NCBI RefSeq assembly: GCF_000018105.1 | Contig: NC_009925.1 | Coordinates: 5,520,001 to 5,552,000, forward strand | DNA from: Acaryochloris marina MBIC11017 | Lineage (GTDB): Bacteria; Cyanobacteriota; Cyanobacteriia; Thermosynechococcales; Thermosynechococcaceae | Reading direction: 5' to 3' | Length of the DNA: 32,000 bases | The notes under the pieces: model-generated | Told to the model about the DNA's origin: nothing | The model's input: the letters and a program-made list of their open reading frames with translations, nothing else | Database searches by the model: none | Shown: positions 1 to 9,100 of the stretch, in pieces | Numbering within the stretch: position 1 is the stretch's first letter | Layout of the letters: the number at the start of each line of letters is the position of its first letter | Translations under genes and position numbers: made by a program

Positions 1-2
1 CC

Positions 3-173
3 ATTTACAGCCCCAATTGGATGCTCCCGGCAGGCCAAGTGAGCCGATACGGCTATGGTCAAGGCTTCGCCATCATCGGTGTGATGGGGTTAAGCCTATT
101 CTCTGTTGTGCTGGGCAGTATCGTTGTCTGGGTTGCGACTAACCGTTCTCGGCCGTTGAAGGCGTCGAACTGA
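3..173 (+). CDS. 3' end of a membrane-protein gene that starts upstream of the window (partial)
   Basis: Frame 3 is open from the window edge to TGA at 171-173. It reads ...YGYGQGFAIIGVMGLSLFSVVLGSIVVWVATNRSRPLKASN, a hydrophobic helix followed by a basic tail. It is absent from the ORF track because it has no start in the window. It overlaps the convergent cca 3' end by about 35 nt. Confidence 0.4.
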   Translation: MYSPNWMLPAGQVSRYGYGQGFAIIGVMGLSLFSVVLGSIVVWVATNRSRPLKASN

Positions 174-1467
174 CTAGGGTTTGGGCCAATGCCAACGCCT
201 CTTCTGAGGTGGTGATACTGCCTTCCGCTTGGGCTAGAGTCAATTGTGAAAGCAGGTGACCCACTTCTGGCCCAGGGGATAAGTGAAGGGACTTCATTAA
301 GGCTGAACCTGATAAGAGGGGTTGAGGATGAGCTAAAGCGCTGAGCGGGTTGAGATATTCTGCAATCCAAGGCTTTAGCGCTGGTAGACAAGACGGCGTC
401 TCAGCCCCCCGTAGAGATTGCTGCATCAGCTCCACCGCTAATGTCACCATCACAACAGCAGGGAACGTCGTATCCGCGTCTTGAAAGAGATAAAACTGAT
501 CCACACGGCGGCAGTGTTCCTGCTGCAAGAGCTGTTTTAAGCGAGGCCAACCGTTCAACACCCGCGTAATCACATGGATTTCGCCCCGACTGAACTTCAT
601 CTGTTTTAGAGTTATTTCTGCCTGAGTTGGATTGTCAGACAGGAGGGAGACCCACTTAGTGGTGGACAGGAGGGTGCGCTGGGCGGCCTCTTTTCCTTGG
701 GCTCGCTCATTCAGTTCCTGATGAAAAGCGGTTGCTAAGTCCGGGACCTCTTTCTGGAGCAGACTAGCCGCTTGATCGATGGCGGGTAAAAAAGCAAGGC
801 TCGTTGATGATGCATGGGGAAACGATGTGCTTAATAGGCCATCCTGCCAAAGTTGATGAACCCAAGGTGTGGCCTTGGAATCGCTCAACAGATAGCTCAG
901 CTCCACTTTGATCCGCTCTGCGGCAATGCCCTTTAACTGAGGGGTGAGTTGACGAATATTGGCTTGGGTCTGGGGCTCAATGGTAAACCCCAATTGGGCG
1001 GCTTGCCGATAGGCCCGCAACAGTCGCAAGGGATCTTCTTCTAGGTTTTTGGCGGCGATCATGCGTAGCACACCTGCGTCGAGATCTTGCTGCCCCATCA
1101 ACGGATCAACCACTGTATCGGAAAAGGGATGATATGCGATCGCATTTATCGTATAGTCTCGTCGCTGCAGGTCCTCTTCTAAGGAATCCCCCACCTGCAA
1201 GGCGAAATCTGCCGTTGCGTCTGGGAAAACCACCCGCGCTATATCTCGTTCGGCATCCAGAAGCACAAACCCGGCATTACAACTTTCGGAAACCCTACGA
1301 GCTGTTTCCACTGCAGCTTTAGGCAAGACAAAATCCAGATCTAAATAAGCCGTATGGCGATTTAGTAAGGCATCCCGCACGCATCCCCCCACTAAGCAGG
1401 CAGATTGGGGTAAATCGCTAGCTGGGAAGGGCCAAGTTTGGGGAGCAAGGACAGATTGGATAGACAT
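139..1467 (-). CDS. cca: CCA-adding enzyme / tRNA nucleotidyltransferase (poly(A) polymerase head-domain family)
   Basis: 442-aa ORF. The N-terminal GGCVRDALLNRHTAYLDLDFVL motif (GG.VRD...DxD) and RRDYTINA are the nucleotidyltransferase signature of the class II CCA-adding/PAP family. Confidence 0.85.
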   Translation of the reverse strand: MSIQSVLAPQTWPFPASDLPQSACLVGGCVRDALLNRHTAYLDLDFVLPKAAVETARRVSESCNAGFVLLDAERDIARVVFPDATADFALQVGDSLEEDLQRRDYTINAIAYHPFSDTVVDPLMGQQDLDAGVLRMIAAKNLEEDPLRLLRAYRQAAQLGFTIEPQTQANIRQLTPQLKGIAAERIKVELSYLLSDSKATPWVHQLWQDGLLSTSFPHASSTSLAFLPAIDQAASLLQKEVPDLATAFHQELNERAQGKEAAQRTLLSTTKWVSLLSDNPTQAEITLKQMKFSRGEIHVITRVLNGWPRLKQLLQQEHCRRVDQFYLFQDADTTFPAVVMVTLAVELMQQSLRGAETPSCLPALKPWIAEYLNPLSALAHPQPLLSGSALMKSLHLSPGPEVGHLLSQLTLAQAEGSITTSEEALALAQTLVSSTPSTAENG

Positions 1468-1552
1468 GCAAAATCAAGAAAAAAGCCTGCAAAAGCCCTA
1501 CCACAGCTAAATGCTCAGGCAAGTCACTGGCAAACAGACAATCAAGTTGGAA

Positions 1553-1633
1553 TGGGCAGGGAGAGACTCGAACTCTCATGACCGAAGTCGCCACATTTTG
1601 AGTGTGGTGCGTCTACCATTTCGCCACCCGCCC
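1553..1633 (-). tRNA. tRNA-Leu (anticodon CAA), class II with long variable arm, no encoded CCA
   Basis: The reverse complement folds by hand into a cloverleaf: acceptor GGGCGGG/CCTGCCC (one G-U pair), D arm GCG-AAATGGTAGA-CGC, anticodon stem CCACA/TGTGG with loop CTCAAAA (CAA), 13-nt variable arm with GAC-TTCG-GTC stem, T arm GAGAG-TTCGAGT-CTCTC, discriminator A. The next bases are TTC, not CCA. Confidence 0.9.
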
Positions 1634-1778
1634 TGGGCCTTGAAGGCAAAGTTCCACCATTATACAAGAACCCATCGGCAATGCAATGGTTTTATTCAAT
1701 TTATCCCAAACCCCTTAGATGTTGGTATCTCAAGCCCATAAAGCTTTAGCTAATAGAATCTGACTAAACGATTGTGCG

Positions 1779-2369
1779 TCAATAGAGTGTGTGATAGGTG
1801 ACTAAGTCTTGCCATTCCCATGGATGCTCCGTCAGTCCAGCACGTTGGGCAGCCGTATTCTTAAATCGAGAGTGGCGCCAGATCCAGTTGAAATAAGCCA
1901 TTACCAGTCTTAACGTCACTGCACTCTGTTGCCAGACTTTGCCAAATTTGTTCTGTCGTCGATGCCAACGCCCGGTCTGTTGACGTAGTATGCCATTGGT
2001 CCGCTCTAACCGCTGCGTCAGAGCTTTACTCACGTGATGGATCACCTCATCGGCTAATTGTCGTGAATACCCTTCCCAGCCATCGGTTTGCCAATGGTGA
2101 CAGGCGGTTTTGCCTTCGGTATTCTCAATTAATTCTTGAGCGAGTTCGTCGGTATGTTTGCCAATACGGCCAGTGAGCACCAAGCCACTGTCTTTGGCTA
2201 GGCTTAATGCTATCCAGCAATCGCCTAAGCTCAATTCTTCCGGTTCACAGTGCTTTTGCTTTTTTTTAACAGAGGACCACAACTCATCCGCATTAATGAT
2301 GTTGGTCGCAACGGCCTGAACTTCTTGGTTGTGAGTCATTTGGGCTTTATGGCTCGCTGAACGAATCAC
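1779..2369 (-). CDS. IS1-family transposase, catalytic (InsB-like) reading frame
   Basis: The motifs ADELWSSV, WQTDGWEGYSRQL and HHVSKALTQRLERTNGILRQQTGRWHRRQNKFGKV are collinear with E. coli IS1 InsB ([54 protein letters not shown]). Confidence 0.75.
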   Translation of the reverse strand: MIRSASHKAQMTHNQEVQAVATNIINADELWSSVKKKQKHCEPEELSLGDCWIALSLAKDSGLVLTGRIGKHTDELAQELIENTEGKTACHHWQTDGWEGYSRQLADEVIHHVSKALTQRLERTNGILRQQTGRWHRRQNKFGKVWQQSAVTLRLVMAYFNWIWRHSRFKNTAAQRAGLTEHPWEWQDLVTYHTLY

Positions 2370-2371
2370 AC

Positions 2372-2605
2372 TCAGGTGTTGTAAGCTACACCTGTGATGC
2401 GGGGTAGACCTCTGAAGCTGCTGCCTTCAGCATGAGATTGAAGGATGACCTGAATGGTTTGAGGAGAAATCTGACGACGATAATAGAGGGTATCAAAGGT
2501 ATCACTGAAGGTTTGATGGCAGTGGGGGCAACGTTACCGTTGGCTGCCTTTGCTAGTTTTACCGTGTTTGTAGATCTTTGGATGACCACATAAAGGACAT
2601 TGCAT
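2372..2605 (-). pseudogene. IS1 InsA-like zinc-finger/HTH reading frame interrupted by an in-frame TAA
   Basis: My own translation from ATG 2605-2603 gives MQCPLCGHPKIYKHGKTSKGSQR*RCPHCHQTFSDTFDTLYYRRQISPQTIQVILQSHAEGSSFRGLPRITGVAYNT*. The TAA at 2534-2536 sits between the two CxxC pairs, where a Tyr codon would be expected. The track ORF 2386..2589 is in a different frame. Confidence 0.6.
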
Positions 2606-2683
2606 CAGAGGATAGGAAAACTCAATATGTTTAACAAACCCACACTTCATTGATGCACGACCAAAATTTGGGTTTTGTCCTCT

Positions 2684-3616
2684 TTAATCCCTCTTCCCTT
2701 CTTGGTGCTCTTTCACGAATTCTTGTGCTTCTTCTAGGGTGAGAAAAATTTCTGGGATTTTATAGAACAAGACCGCAGCAAGCTTGTTACAGTCCCTATT
2801 TGGGTCAATATTGATGTGTGGAGGAAGTGGCGTGTTACAAATCAATGATGAATTTTGTCCCACCAGTTGAGATTGGGTAAGATTTACTGTTTTTCGGAGA
2901 TCTGTCGAAAACAGAATAGCAAAGTTGAGTTTGGTGTTACTGAAGTTAGCCTTACTGAGGTCAGCCCTAGTGAGATTGGCGTTGCTCAGGTCAGCGTTGC
3001 TCAGGTTGGTGCTGGTGAGATTGGCGCTTATGAGGTTGGTGCTCATGAAGTTGGCGTTGCTAAGGTCTGCTCTGGTGAAATTTGCAAAGGTGAGGTTTGT
3101 CCTAAGGAGGCTAGCTTTGCTGAGATTAGCATTACTAAGGTTGACAGCTCTAAGATTGGCATCACCAATACTGGCATTGCTGAGGTTGGACTCAGTGAGG
3201 TTAGAGAAACCTAAGTCGGCCTTCGTAAGATTGGTATGCTTGAGGTCAGCACCATTGAGATTGGCGACGGAGAGGTCAGTTTTCCAAAGTTTGGCATGTA
3301 TGAGATTTGCTCTGCTGAGATTAGCCTCACGAAGGTTGGCAGATCTAAGATCTGCGCTGCTGAGGTCAGCTCTACTGAGATCGACTCTGTTGAGATTGGC
3401 GTAGCCTAGATAGGCTCTTTGGAGATTGGCACTGTTGAGATTGCAACCAAAACAAGCACCTGTTGTTGCCAGGTGTTTTAAGGCGTCCTCTTGACTCAAG
3501 TCACTGAGGTCTTCAATGGTCTTTCTGAGGTTTATGGTCTGACTGTGAACCCTAGGGATATATCCCACTAATCCAATAAGGCTTGTCAAGATCGCAGTAC
3601 TCAGTATTTGTTTCAT
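2684..3616 (-). CDS. Secreted pentapeptide-repeat protein
   Basis: 310 aa with an N-terminal signal-like helix (MKQILSTAILTSLIGLVGYI). About 190 residues are uninterrupted A(D/N)LXX repeats (ANLNRVDLSRADLSSADLRSANLREANLSRANL...). Confidence 0.9.
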   Translation of the reverse strand: MKQILSTAILTSLIGLVGYIPRVHSQTINLRKTIEDLSDLSQEDALKHLATTGACFGCNLNSANLQRAYLGYANLNRVDLSRADLSSADLRSANLREANLSRANLIHAKLWKTDLSVANLNGADLKHTNLTKADLGFSNLTESNLSNASIGDANLRAVNLSNANLSKASLLRTNLTFANFTRADLSNANFMSTNLISANLTSTNLSNADLSNANLTRADLSKANFSNTKLNFAILFSTDLRKTVNLTQSQLVGQNSSLICNTPLPPHINIDPNRDCNKLAAVLFYKIPEIFLTLEEAQEFVKEHQEGKRD

Positions 3617-3823
3617 CTCAACATTTTCCCTAGATTATTTATTGAGAGGGCCATATTCAGGTTGTTTCGAAAAACATGATTCTGATTACAAACCGCTTCT
3701 GAAATCCGTTCAAAACGGGGCACCTGAACTATTTTGCGCCTATATTTCTTCTGGTTAGTATGACTATGACTGTTTGGATTTGCGGGTAAGTGCAGCAGAC
3801 CGGATCTTGGGGCAAGCTTTTGC

Positions 3824-5116
3824 TCAACATAAGCTTGATTTCTCGACGCGAGCTTGGGGAAAAGCAGTCTGCATTTGAAGAGTGACTTGAGCTTCTAAGT
3901 CTTGGAAACCTTCATACCTTAAGGCTAAGCCTAAGTTGTAATACATAGCAGCTGTAAGGTTGGGCAAATTTTGTTGAAACAGACTCAGCACTTGATCAAG
4001 GCGATGCTGATGGTCTAGCAACGTCACTAAGCGATCATAGGCCGTTTCTCGTACAACATGACAACGTCGATCGCTAGGGCTATGGTCAGGAAAGGCTTGA
4101 ATAGCTCTAAAGTAGACTTGAACAGCCTCATCAGGCCGTTTTGTTCGCTCCAGGAAGCTTCCTAATGCCAAATAAACGTAGGGCTCGGTTTGTTTTTGCT
4201 GTAGCAATTGGTCAAAAATTTGGTGCGCTTCTTCTAAGCGTCCAGCCGATTCCAGATTACGAGTGAGTACCTGCCAATAGTTCCAAATCAAATCTGGATT
4301 GCGCCGAATTCTGTTCTGGTAAGCTGAGATCACCTCTGCAGGTGCTCCATATAAAGCCAATAAATCGAGATATTCCGATTGGGCGGGTTGGTAATCTGGA
4401 TAACGCTTCACAAGCTCCTGATAAAGCTTAATCGATAAGTTGAATCGCTGGTTGCGAATGTGATTCGATACGTAATCCCAATGCAAGGACTTAGCAGCCC
4501 TAGGCAGTTCTATGAGTTGATTGGGGGAAAGCGGATAGCCTAGCTGCTGCTCTAGCAATGAGATCGATTGGAGCGCCTGCCCCTGAGCTGCTAGACCTGT
4601 CATTAGATCCTTATAACCCTCTGTTGAATTGGGAACAGCCGTAATTTCTCGCAATCCATCTTTAACGTTGGTTTGAGCTTCCTGTAACTGATTCTGCACA
4701 TGTTCTAGGAGATGGTTAGCACTAGCAACATGGTGAGAGTTAACATTATCCAGGGATACAAGCTGTTGCAACACTTTAATCGCCTCTGTGAGCTGTCCTT
4801 GTTCAGAAAGGTTCACCCCCAGATTCAGCCAAATATATTGATGCATATAGTTGTTCATGGAACTGGGTTGTGGCTGACCGAGCAGTTGACGGTAGATCTT
4901 TTCTGCACTGCGATAGTCATGGGATGCTTCGTATTGACCAGCTTGGTCTAGCAACTTCACCCAATCTGATGGTTTTCGTGGTTTTGCTGGGTTTGATGCA
5001 GGAAGTTGTGACTGAGTTTGTCCCGGCAAGCTGCATAAGTTCAGTAATAGTGCAGAGACTACTATACAGCTTAGCCAGCGTCTCAAAAACAACATCCAAT
5101 CATCTCCAGTAAACAA
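3824..5116 (-). CDS. Secreted or membrane-anchored TPR-like repeat protein (hypothetical)
   Basis: 430-aa ORF with an N-terminal hydrophobic segment (LSCIVVSALLLNLCSL). The remainder is helical-repeat-like with recurring A..Y/L...P motifs (SAEKIYRQLL, AIKVLQQLV, EEAHQIFDQLL, DEAVQVYFRAIQAFP). The start could be M1 (5116) or M8 (5095). Confidence 0.65.
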   Translation of the reverse strand: MFTGDDWMLFLRRWLSCIVVSALLLNLCSLPGQTQSQLPASNPAKPRKPSDWVKLLDQAGQYEASHDYRSAEKIYRQLLGQPQPSSMNNYMHQYIWLNLGVNLSEQGQLTEAIKVLQQLVSLDNVNSHHVASANHLLEHVQNQLQEAQTNVKDGLREITAVPNSTEGYKDLMTGLAAQGQALQSISLLEQQLGYPLSPNQLIELPRAAKSLHWDYVSNHIRNQRFNLSIKLYQELVKRYPDYQPAQSEYLDLLALYGAPAEVISAYQNRIRRNPDLIWNYWQVLTRNLESAGRLEEAHQIFDQLLQQKQTEPYVYLALGSFLERTKRPDEAVQVYFRAIQAFPDHSPSDRRCHVVRETAYDRLVTLLDHQHRLDQVLSLFQQNLPNLTAAMYYNLGLALRYEGFQDLEAQVTLQMQTAFPQARVEKSSLC

Positions 5117-5274
5117 GCCAGCGCTACAACTTTTTCAAGTGTTTGGATGCACAGGAATTTTCTTACTATTAATACGGTAGTTCCTTTGCATCTCTACGTG
5201 AATGAATTTATATTCTGTGTCTTCTGATTGCTTTTCTTGCGAAGGCTACCAAGAAGTTGATCAAGCAGAACCCT

Positions 5275-6153
5275 TCAAAGGTTTGCTCTATAGGTTCTAG
5301 GGCTTATTCCTGTCCATTGTCGAAATAGACGAGAAAATTGACTAGGATTGGAAATCCCGACTTGATGGGCAACTTCTGAGATGGCTAAGTGTCGATGACG
5401 TAGGAGTCTTTGGGCCGTTTGAATACGACATTGGGTGACATATCGATAGGGAGAAATCCCCATTGTCTGCTTGAACTGTTCCGCAAAGTAGTTGGGACTC
5501 ATATGTACCACCCTCGCCAGATCCGCTAAGCGAATTGGGTCTTGGAGATGGTCGTGAATATATGCGATCGCATCCTGAAACTCTCCCTTGGAATATTGCC
5601 ATTGCAGATCAGGTGAACAGGACGCATAACGCCGCAACAAATGTCGTCCCAAGGTATGGCTTAAGCTCTCCACATACAAAAAATCAGGTTGGGTAGAGCC
5701 AGTCAGTTCAGTATTCAAGGCCAAGGCAATTTGAAACAGCAGTGGATCGAGGACTTGTAGCTGTAAATCTAGGGCGTATTGCTGAACCCCCGTCACATCA
5801 TTCGCCAACTCCCTTAGCCACTGGGGACGAATCAACAAGCGAAAATAGTCTAAATGGCCGTCCCATTGACTTTGGGTGATCTGCTGTGCAGGTAACAGCC
5901 AAATTTCTCCCGGTCGGGCCACCTGGCGCTGCTGCTGACGATTAACGGTAATTCGCGTTTGGCCGGGATGGGATTGGACAATACAGAGGGCATGGTCGGT
6001 ATTGACACATTCCGGTAATTGGGTTCGGGGTTGCTGGCAATGTTCAAAGACAAACCCTAGACCAGGGCTGGTAAAAATAGGTGCATTAAGGGTGTGTTGA
6101 AGTGTATCAGATGAAGAAGACATGGCATCGCTAACGTCGTGGAGCAGGATCAA
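5275..6153 (-). CDS. AraC-family transcriptional regulator
   Basis: The C-terminal double HTH (IRLADLARVVHMSPNYFAEQFKQTMGISPYRYVTQCRIQTAQRLL...ISEVAHQVGISNPSQFSRLFRQWTGISPRTYR) is the AraC/XylS signature. The track start is TTG at 6153, overlapping the upstream stop as TTGA. ATG at 6123 is an alternative start. Confidence 0.85.
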   Translation of the reverse strand: MILLHDVSDAMSSSSDTLQHTLNAPIFTSPGLGFVFEHCQQPRTQLPECVNTDHALCIVQSHPGQTRITVNRQQQRQVARPGEIWLLPAQQITQSQWDGHLDYFRLLIRPQWLRELANDVTGVQQYALDLQLQVLDPLLFQIALALNTELTGSTQPDFLYVESLSHTLGRHLLRRYASCSPDLQWQYSKGEFQDAIAYIHDHLQDPIRLADLARVVHMSPNYFAEQFKQTMGISPYRYVTQCRIQTAQRLLRHRHLAISEVAHQVGISNPSQFSRLFRQWTGISPRTYRANL

Positions 6154-9100
6154 GACTGACTAATTGCGCCGAGGAATGCGAGCATTTCTTGTTGGGGAGC
6201 CGTCAAGTTTTGGCAGTTGGATAGGTTTAAGCCTTCGCAAAGGCGATCGGCCCGCCACGTCTCCCGACAAGTTCCAGTTTGCACATCCCAAAACCTGAGT
6301 TCCAATTCGCTGCTCCCTGTTACTAAAGTTTGACCATCGGGGCTAAACTCAACAGCCGTGGACCAGCTGGGATGTCCAGATAGCTTAGCCAGGCATTGAC
6401 CCGTTTCCACTGACCATAATCGGGCCGTCTCATCTTTGCTACAGCTGGCTACGGTTTGGCCATCGGGACTAAAGGCGACCCCCATCACCCAGTCCGTATG
6501 GTCTGTGAGGACATGGAGACATTCCCCAGAGTCCACATCCCAGATGCGGAGGGTCTGATCGGCTCCACCTGTGGCCATGCGATTGCCCAAGGGACTCCAG
6601 GCCACATACCAAGCCCAAAATGGGTGCCCAACTAAGGTTTGGGATAAGGTAGCAGACGGCACATCATAAATCTGCACATGGGCGTCAAAGGAACCAATGG
6701 CGATCTGTTGACTGTCCGGGCCCCAGCTTAAGCCACTGACAAAATGTCCGGGGATGGCCTGAACCATCTGCCCCTTGGCAACGTCCCAAAGTCGCCAGGT
6801 GCCATCCCAACTGCCACTGGCTAACCACTGACCATCGGGGCTAAAGGCGAGGGAGGCGATGGTGGCTCCATGTCCGGGCAAGACCTGTAGGACTTCTTTG
6901 GTGGCGACATCCCAGATCCGAATTTGCTGATCATTACCCGCACTCGCCAGTAGATGTCCCTGGGGATGGAAGGCGAGTCCATAGACCCAGCCCTGATGTT
7001 GCCAATAGGTTTGATAGGTGCCAGTTGCCACTTGCCAAAAGCGAATCGCCCCATCTGTACTCCCACTTACTATCGTCTGGCCATCTGGGCTATGGCGAAT
7101 GCTCAAGGTGCTATTAACTTGTGCTCGCCAGGATTGCAGGGCTTGTCCTGTGGTTAAGTCATATAGCCGAATCATGGGTTCATCGCCCCCGCTGGCTAAC
7201 AGGTTGCCCTGGGGATGGCAGGTCACACTATTGATACAACTATGGTGTCCGAGTAGGCGGCGCTGGCAAATGCCCGTTTCTAGATCGGTGATACAGATGG
7301 TGCTGTCGAGTCCCGCACTCGCGACAACAGAGCGATTCGGCAGAAACGATGCGGAAAAGATGGCCTGGGTATGGGGAGTGAGGACCTGAACACATTGGCC
7401 AGAACTGACTTTCCAAATACGGAGGGTGCGATCGCATCCCCCACTCACCAGCCACTGACCATCGTCACTAAAGGCCACCGTCCGCAGCCAATCCGTATGG
7501 CCTTTCAGGGTGCGCAGACAGCGACCCGTTTCCAGGTCCCACACTTTGACCGTGGCATCATGACTGGCACTCGCTAAGGTATGGCCATCGGGACTAAGGG
7601 CAATTTCCCAGATTCCTTGCTCGTGACCCGGGGTGGTTTGGAGACAGTCTCCCGTTTGCAAATCCCAAATACGCCAAGTTCGATCTTCCCCAGCGCTGAT
7701 TAGCCGCTGGCCATCGGGATGCATCACTACCGAACGGACGCAGTCGGTATGGCCTGTGAAGATGCTAAGGCATTGTCCTGTGTCCACCTGCCATAGCCGA
7801 ATCGTCTGATCCTCGCTGGCGCTGGCCAGAATGGAGCCATCGACACTAAAGGCCACGGACCACACATTATTCTGATGACTTTTAAAGATGCCGATAGCTT
7901 GGCTGCCTTGCTTCGGATTCTGCACATCCCACAGCATAATCACGTTGGCAAAATGGCCTGTTGCCAATCGTTTGCCCTTCGGATCAAAGGCGGTGGCGGC
8001 AACATGGGGAAAGGCGGTGGCAAAGACCGTATCCTTAAGGTCGGCTCCGGCCATATTTACCTTCATTAGGGCCGTGTCCCGGAGATCGGCTTGCCAGAGG
8101 GCGAGGTGTGACAGATCAATGCCCGTTAAGTCCACCTGCAGCTGCACCATTAGATTCAGGCAATTTCCAGCGGCATAATCTTTTAAATGGGCCAGTTCTT
8201 TTAATTGGTTCCGCAACTGGGCTTCGATGGCTGCTGTAGAGTGCAGCTCCGATAAGAGCATGTCGATCACAGGTTGCAGGATTACCTGGCGCTGGCTGTG
8301 GCGGATACTATCTTTAGCTTGGGCTTTCAGCAGGGCATGACTCTGTAAGCGGGAAGGCTCTGTCCCCTGCGGCTGCAAAAGACTCTGGCCAATGTCTTCA
8401 ATGAGTCGCTGGGTCACATATTCCATCAATACGGGCTGCAGGGTGAATTGAGGCAACTCTGTGCCAGACTTAATCACCACGCATAAGGATCGCCGCCGTA
8501 GGGCCTCCATGGCTTCCAATAATTTGGGCATGGCCACAGGAAACACCAGGTCATGGCGTAGATCTGCCAAGGTCAAGGGGGCGCGATTAATGGCTAGCCA
8601 ATACATGACGTCCTGTTCGAGAGGAGACAGGCGCTGAAACTGCTGATCGAGTAGGATGCGTAGGCCGTTAAAGACGGTGATGCCTTCCGCTAAAAAAGCT
8701 TGAACATCTCCGGCAAAAATATCCTGAATGGCCGTGGCGACAATCTTGAGACCCAAAGGGTGACCTTCATAAAACTGGATCAGCTTTTGAAAGGCATCTG
8801 TGTCCCCCGTTAGCCCTTTTTGGGTCAGTAAGGGCAAGGCTTTTTCCGGTTCCAGCCCGGCCATGGCTAAGGCTCGGACAGTGGGGCCTTCTAGTTCAGC
8901 GAGGGTGGTGGGCTTCTCGCGGCTGGTGATTACCAGGCAGCTTTGGTGAGGGGTTTCCCCAAGCGATCGCAACAACGTTTCGTAGCCTTGATAGGTCGGT
9001 TTATGCTGGCCTGCTTGGGGGTGAGCATTGTCAGCGCCACTTTCTAACAGGGTCTCCCAGTTATCCAACACCAATAAACAGCGATGCTGTCGCAGGTAGG

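Larger units (their letters stand above)
1770..2662 (-). mobile_element. IS1-family insertion sequence, apparently decayed
   Basis: It is about 893 bp long. The imperfect terminal inverted repeats are 1770-1793 (gattgtgcgtcaatagagtgtgtg) and the reverse complement of 2639-2662 (ggtcgtgcatcaatgaagtgtggg), matching at about 18/24 positions. Inside are an InsA-like zinc-finger frame and an InsB-like DDE frame in the -1 relationship typical of IS1. Confidence 0.7.

Noticed and set aside
59-391. A 110-aa minus-strand ORF at the left edge
   Set aside because: It lies entirely inside the cca ORF in another frame and is Ser/Pro/Arg-rich with no recognisable motif.
1511-1741. A 76-aa plus-strand ORF
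   Set aside because: It runs antisense through the tRNA-Leu gene. The region is explained by the tRNA and its flanks.
2386-2589. The 67-aa minus-strand ORF listed upstream of the IS1 transposase frame
   Set aside because: It is out of frame with the zinc-finger reading frame that starts at ATG 2605 and matches IS1 InsA-type CxxC...CxxC architecture. The listed ORF is a by-product of the broken gene.
2855-3404. Two long plus-strand ORFs (119 and 159 aa), and strikingly periodic 15-nt DNA repeats that could at a glance suggest a repeat array or CRISPR
   Set aside because: They lie antisense to the pentapeptide-repeat gene. The periodicity is the 5-codon A(D/N)LXX unit, there are no unique spacers, and the antisense translations are low-complexity (LALLRSALVRLALL...). 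They are artefacts of the coding repeat.
6254-8009. Whether the 14 WD40 repeats are nearly identical at the DNA level (concerted evolution with hypervariable positions, as in fungal NLR WD40 arrays)
   Set aside because: Aligned by eye, the repeats share only the generic WD40 scaffold (H..SV.FSPDG..LASGS.D.T.R.WD) and differ at most other positions. Short shared DNA strings (ccatcgggactaaaggc...) just encode the SPDG motif. I see no evidence of recent repeat homogenisation.
6821-8178. Many 60-120 aa ORFs on both strands inside the STAND/WD40 gene
   Set aside because: All are nested in a 3.6-kb ORF with clear domain signatures. They have odd composition (Pro/Arg/Cys/Trp-rich) and no ribosome-binding sites.
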